A DNA stretch of 64,000 nt from Yuukianura sp. NJ FZ-2021 (Eukaryota): the NCBI GenBank assembly GCA_046563655.1, contig CM102285.1:13640001-13704000 (forward strand). Direction: 5' to 3'. This document shows positions 58,761 through 64,000 of the stretch, piece by piece. A program made the translations under genes and the position numbers. The notes under the pieces were generated by a model that worked only from the letters and a program-made list of their open reading frames with translations, ran no database searches and was not told the origin of the DNA. Position 1 is the first letter of the stretch. Each line of letters opens with the position of its first letter.

Positions 58761-59720
58761 GAAGAGTGAACGTCCTCTTGTAAATTTTTGCACAAGTCAA
58801 CAGTTTTTGTGTGACTGATTTTATTTGGCAGGAAAATGGCGGGTTGTTGCAAAAAAGAGCAAGAGTGGCAGTAGTATGTGGTGATTCAGTGACGGGAGTA
58901 GGATTCGATCCCAAGTTCCCTCGAAAATTGTCTTCTTTTTCCTGCCTGTTGTTTTGATTTGATAGCTGAGGGAAGTAGTATCACTTTCGCTCGTTTGAGC
59001 ATTTCCATTGCATTCCGGTGTCTCTCCCTTCACTTTTTTCCTGGGGAAAAGAGACCATCTCTTATGTAACCCAGAATGAACCAATAGGAAAAAAGCCTGT
59101 TTTGCCAAAAATTTTGAATTCTCCCGGGGTTTCCTTTCCACTCTGCCTCTCCACACTTCCATTAAACTTCCATCACGAAACAACACCCTCCCGCACTTTC
59201 TCCCTCGAGCCATTGAATTCGTTAAACTCACCTTTGTCAAATGCCATTTTCCACTCTGCACTTCCCCCACTCCATTACGCCCAAAACACTATCACAATCA
59301 CACGTCCAGCCTATGGACTGGAATACACGAAAAAATTCTAACCTAACATAACCGCTTCTGGACAGCGTAGGTTCATCCCAAACACAAAGTAATTTTTACC
59401 AAAATACTAAGAAAAAAACTCCAATCTCGGTTCTCGATCATCAAACTTGAAAAACGTGAAACTCAGGCAAACTTCATAATGCATTTTGATGTTTTTTCGT
59501 TTTCCAGTTAAAAGAAGAAAAAAACTAAATTTTAATTTCCCCTAAACTTCGATGGAGAATGAATTCAAATCTCGTTTTGATTTTCAGCTGAAGTGCATAC
59601 CTAAAAAAATTTTAAATTCACTTTTTGCAAAAAATTTCAGAAATTAGTGTTCAACTGTTAAACTATTCAAAACGTTACGTTACGTTTGTGTTAGATTACT
59701 CTGTTGAGGAATAAATTTGG

Positions 59721-59964
59721 GTGGCACGCCATTGTGTCAATTGAATTGTATCAACTGCCATTGTATCAACGGAATTGTGTCAACAAGAATTGTTTCGACT
59801 AGAATTGTGTCAATTGGTCAATAGCATCTAAATCTACGTGTGAAATGATTAATTGAGCTTAGGTTAGGCTTGCCTATGTTCGTTGACTCAAGTAGCAGTT
59901 GACACGAGCGAGCATTGAAGCAATTGCTGTTGATACAATTCAGTTGACATAAATGGCATGGAAC
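59721..59964. mobile_element. Foldback/MITE-like element
   Basis: Inverted ends GCCATTGTGTCAATTGAATTGTATCAAC and GTTGATACAATTCAGTTGACATAAATGGC; internal AATTGTRTCAAC subrepeats and TTAGGTTAGG; no clear TSD. Confidence 0.65.
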
Positions 59965-62900
59965 AATTTTTTGCTTGCCAAAATATATTGCTTACTTCTT
60001 TCTGACTTATCTCTTTTTTGCTTACCTCTTTTCTGCTGACCTAATTTTGCGGATCTAATGGCACGGACTCAATGAGGGGCCTTTGACAATTTTTCTTTTG
60101 GATTGTTTGATTTAAAAGTTATGCGTTTGACCTCAGATTGACCTCGTAGTTGCCAAGCATTTCCTGGTTATAAAATTGTTCCAAAGAATGATGAAGATGA
60201 CATAGACATAACATAAGCCAAAAAATAGAAAGTTCTATTGTGATTTGAGGAAGAATTGTAGTGGAAGAGAGCGGAAATGAAGACGGAGATGAGAGGGAAT
60301 CCTTGGAAGTTGGAATGTAATTGGCTTCTGGAACAGAAATTCTGTTGGATTCTGCTCAAGTGATGTTGGATGTTCCATTGTTCTCCTTAAGGACTGTCCT
60401 TTCCACTACAACACACATACTATTATATGCTATAGCATGTGACTATAACTATTTTTAGTCCTAGGGACTATAAGTCTCCTTCTCACAGAAACTGGAATGC
60501 TCCACTGACAGTTGAACATGGAAAAATAACATGAGGAGAAAGTTATCATTTCCCAAAAGAACGGGGAAAGTTCGGAGAAAGTCAATTCTGATTTGGGAAG
60601 TAGTCAACCATGCCACTATCCAGCCTCTCAATTGGTCCCACTTTCCCACGCTCCGATCGGCCCCACTGGGGTGGGACTCGTGCCACGAGAAAACGATAAA
60701 TTGGACTTCAGTCAACTGGAAATTCTAATAACAAAAATTGTTCCATAGTTTTTTTCTCAGTGACACTCGCACTTTGTCTCACGCTTTTCAGAAGACTAAC
60801 TTTTTTTGGAGAAACAAAAACGACCAGACGAAGAATTACTTTTCGTTCACAGGAACTAATCTTTGGCATTTGGTTTTCGAAATTTTGGTGAAAGTCAAAA
60901 ACAACATTTTGGATAAATTTTTGAAAAAGTGAAAGTTGACAAGTTTGAGTAACGGGAAAGTTAATGATAGGAGGCAGGTCACTTGGGAGATACAGAGTAC
61001 TAATGGTTATGCTTATCCTTTGAAAATTTTGAAATTTCGAAATTTCAAAAGTTGTAGTTTCGAGAGTGAAAGATAGTTTGAATAAAGTCGTTTGAAATTT
61101 CCCATGGGTGGGTTTCCGTGGGTCTGGTGGCTCTGTTGCTTTGAGAAATATGTTTCAGTTTCTGGCGGGAGAAATGGTGGGTCTGGTGGGATTTGAAATC
61201 GTTTGATGGTGATTGGGTGAGAGCTAATCGGCTTGTAAGGTTTACGAGCCGTTTCTATACAAACCCGAAATGACTTAGAGCGTGACTGTAGCGACTACAG
61301 CTATAAAGCTTGTTGAAATGATGATGAAATGTGTGATGGCGGGGCTCATGGAGCAGAAACATTGTAAATTTGGCTGGAGCTTTGGTGGGGCCCATTGGTG
61401 GGTGGAATTCATTTCAGGAGAAAGTGGTGGGGCGGTGGGTATGGATGATGGACGACTTCCTGGTGTCTCCTTCTGTCTCCACTTTCTTCACAGAGCCTAA
61501 TTCTTCGGACCCACTTTTCCTTTCAGCCCCACTTTTTTCGGCCCCACTTGCCCCACCTCATAAACACCAACAAAGTAGAAACCGGTCAACAAAAGTGTCT
61601 GATTGTCCATTACATCCAGACAAAAACATACACTTCAGCACGTAAACGAAATCCAAAAAAGATGTATCATTGATGGTCAAATTTTGCAAGGTTCCTCGAC
61701 AACCGAAATACAACAAATTGTATTTCCAACGACAGGTTGTCCAATACCTCATGGTTTCCAAAAATCTTACTTCCAACTTTCTACACCAATCCCAGTTACA
61801 TTACTACATGCAAAAAATTACCATTGAAAGGCAGTTTTTTTTTTCAGACAAATTTTAAAACTTCCAATTATTGGACAACGTGGCGTAGAAAAAGCTTTTT
61901 TTTTTGTTTAAGAACCTTGAGATTTTGAAATCCGGAATGAAGATTTTTCAAAATTTTAGATATTTCAGAAATTATTATAACGAAGTTCAGAAAAGAGGTT
62001 CGCAGTTTCAGACTTTTTTTCTCAAGAACTCTTTACTTGTGACTTTTTCCGAGAAACTTTCTACGTTTTTTGGATTTTGCAAAAGCATTTTTGTCTTTGA
62101 TTTTTTAAAAAACGCTCTGTATTTTTGGTTTTTCGTTGCCAAATTGGTAGGGATTGAAAAGATGAGCTGTTTGTAAGGTGTGGAGAGCTGAGAGGTTAAG
62201 AACGGATGGGTGAAGAGCGGGAATTGGCAGAAGATGAGGTGGATGGTGAAGTGAAGGAGAAGAAAGGAAGGATTTCCTATTGACAGGAATTAATTAGACT
62301 TTTACTAATTTTGGCACGCTTCCCTGCCTCCTTCCTCTTCAGAAGTCAGATGCCAAAGGAATCTTCGAAAAAGTCAAGGAAAGCATCTCCACTTCCTCCT
62401 ATCTCCCACTTCTTTCAATTCCTACACTTCTAGTGGACTAGAGCCACCAGATATATAAATACAAGCACATTCCCACATACACTAACTTTTACAAGTTACG
62501 TTTTGTACAATGGTAACATACTAAAATTGGAGCAAGAGAAACTAACGGCTGCGGCGGACGTCCGTTCACGCTCTTAAACTTTCTCTTTTTCTGATTTCTT
62601 TTCAATCGTGACCAATCTTTTGTTGGTAAGAAAAAAAAGTCAACGCCATGGGCTGTAGCACACCTCCAACTTCCGCTGATGTGACCTCTGACCTCTTCCT
62701 GGAAATCAATTCAATTCTTAGTTCTACAAAAAAGTAGTAAAAAAAATTCACTTTGTCTTTTTTTTTAGAAAAGTTAGTAAAAAAGTAGAAACAGTTTAGT
62801 AAAAAGAAAGTTAGGCGAATTTAACCAAACGGAAGATACAAATTTAGACTTTTGAAGTTTCAATTCTCGCAGCTTCCAGAAATTTCTCGCTCAATTTTCC

Positions 62901-64000
62901 TACGAAAAATGCACTTTTTTTTTCGTTCATCTCAAAGAATGGCAGGGATGTTAAAATTTCGAAATTTTCGATCTATTCAATTTTTAGCTGCACATTCTTT
63001 ATCTGATGAGGACTCTGCAAAATTTTGGATAAAAAAAGTTTCTTCGTTCGAAGTTTCAAAATTTGGAGTTGATTGACATATTACTTGTAATATTTCTACT
63101 TTCTACTTCAAATTTTCCTATGCTTCGGTTTAAGAAGGAACCAAGTGAATAATGGCAGCCAAAAGATGATGAAAATTTTGAAAATTTTGAATTTAAATTT
63201 TTATTGAACCTCCAAAAAGCGGAAGGAATAGTGGAGAGAGGGGAGGAAGTAATAAATGGGAAGCTAATGATACGTTCAGGAATGAAAATAGCTCAAGCTA
63301 CTCGATATCACAACGTCCTTGTCGATTTTTATAACAAAAAATTCTCTACATGAAATTTCTTTTAAAAAAGTTCGCTTTTCCCTCTCCCTCTAAATTTTGA
63401 AAAAGTTTTGGAACAACAAAGATGGAGGAATCATGTTTTGCCTTAGTAGATTCACATGATCAAGGAAAAACGTGGATACTCGACAAGAATCAACTTTCAC
63501 CTTCCTTTCACCGCCTTCCTTTTTACAACCATTTTACATTTTCCTCTACACACTTCCACGTACTTCCTCTTTTACAATTTTCCCGCACTTTCCAAACATA
63601 GTTTTCTCCAAAGTCCTTCCTGAGTGTACTACAAAAGGAAGTGTACTACAACCTAAACCATGGTATATTTTTACAACTTTTTAACATCCGCCCAAACACC
63701 TTCACACTTTCACGATTTCTTCCAATTCCTCCAAAATTCCTAATAAAAACTTTTACTCAAAAAACTAAGCATTTTGACCACTGTTCTATGATTTTTTTTC
63801 CGTTTGTGCACTCGCATATTCAACAGAATTCGAGTTTTCAGTTTTCGGCATTTTATTTTTATTTTATTTTTTTATACTTTCTTTTGTGTTACTTTCACTT
63901 TGTTGTTTTTCAGATGATGTTCCATTAATTTTAGTTGTGCTTTTGAGTAGCTTGTTTGATGAGTGTTTGGTGAATCCAGTTTGAGCTGGTTTTGAATTGA

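Noticed and set aside
63914..63984. Strong acceptor TTTTCAG near the window end as GluR exon 5
   Set aside because: In-phase translation (DDVPLILVV...NPV*) does not resemble the expected GLLRLQ continuation and stops early
42100..64000. Short ORFs in GluR introns as nested genes or transposases
   Set aside because: No recognisable protein motifs and low-complexity composition; a small nested gene cannot be fully excluded

Overview
Eukaryotic, intron-rich and AT-rich DNA, most likely arthropod (judged from the protein families and TCAKT initiators; the species cannot be determined). Gene order: Oaz/ZNF423-like zinc finger (+), archease (-), plasma-membrane Ca2+-ATPase PMCA (+), lifeguard/TMBIM (+), HEATR3 (-), two tandem alpha-arrestins (-), two tandem small secreted-protein genes absent from the ORF track (-), a divergent ABCA transporter (-), and the first four coding exons of an AMPA-type glutamate receptor (+) with large, MITE-containing introns. 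Main finding: the complete spliced PMCA gene lies inside a 5.4-kb unit (13932-19334) bounded by 45-bp imperfect terminal inverted repeats and a perfect 9-bp target-site duplication (ACGGTTTTA). This looks like a Pack-MULE-type DNA transposon carrying a calcium pump that lacks its calmodulin-binding autoinhibitory tail. Other findings: both ATPase sites of the ABCA look degenerate, one arrestin paralog has lost its PY motifs, a GATA-CRE-EcRE module is conserved upstream of both arrestins, and AGGTCA/TGACCT repeats show an orientation bias at intron ends. All gene models were spliced by hand and need RNA-seq confirmation.
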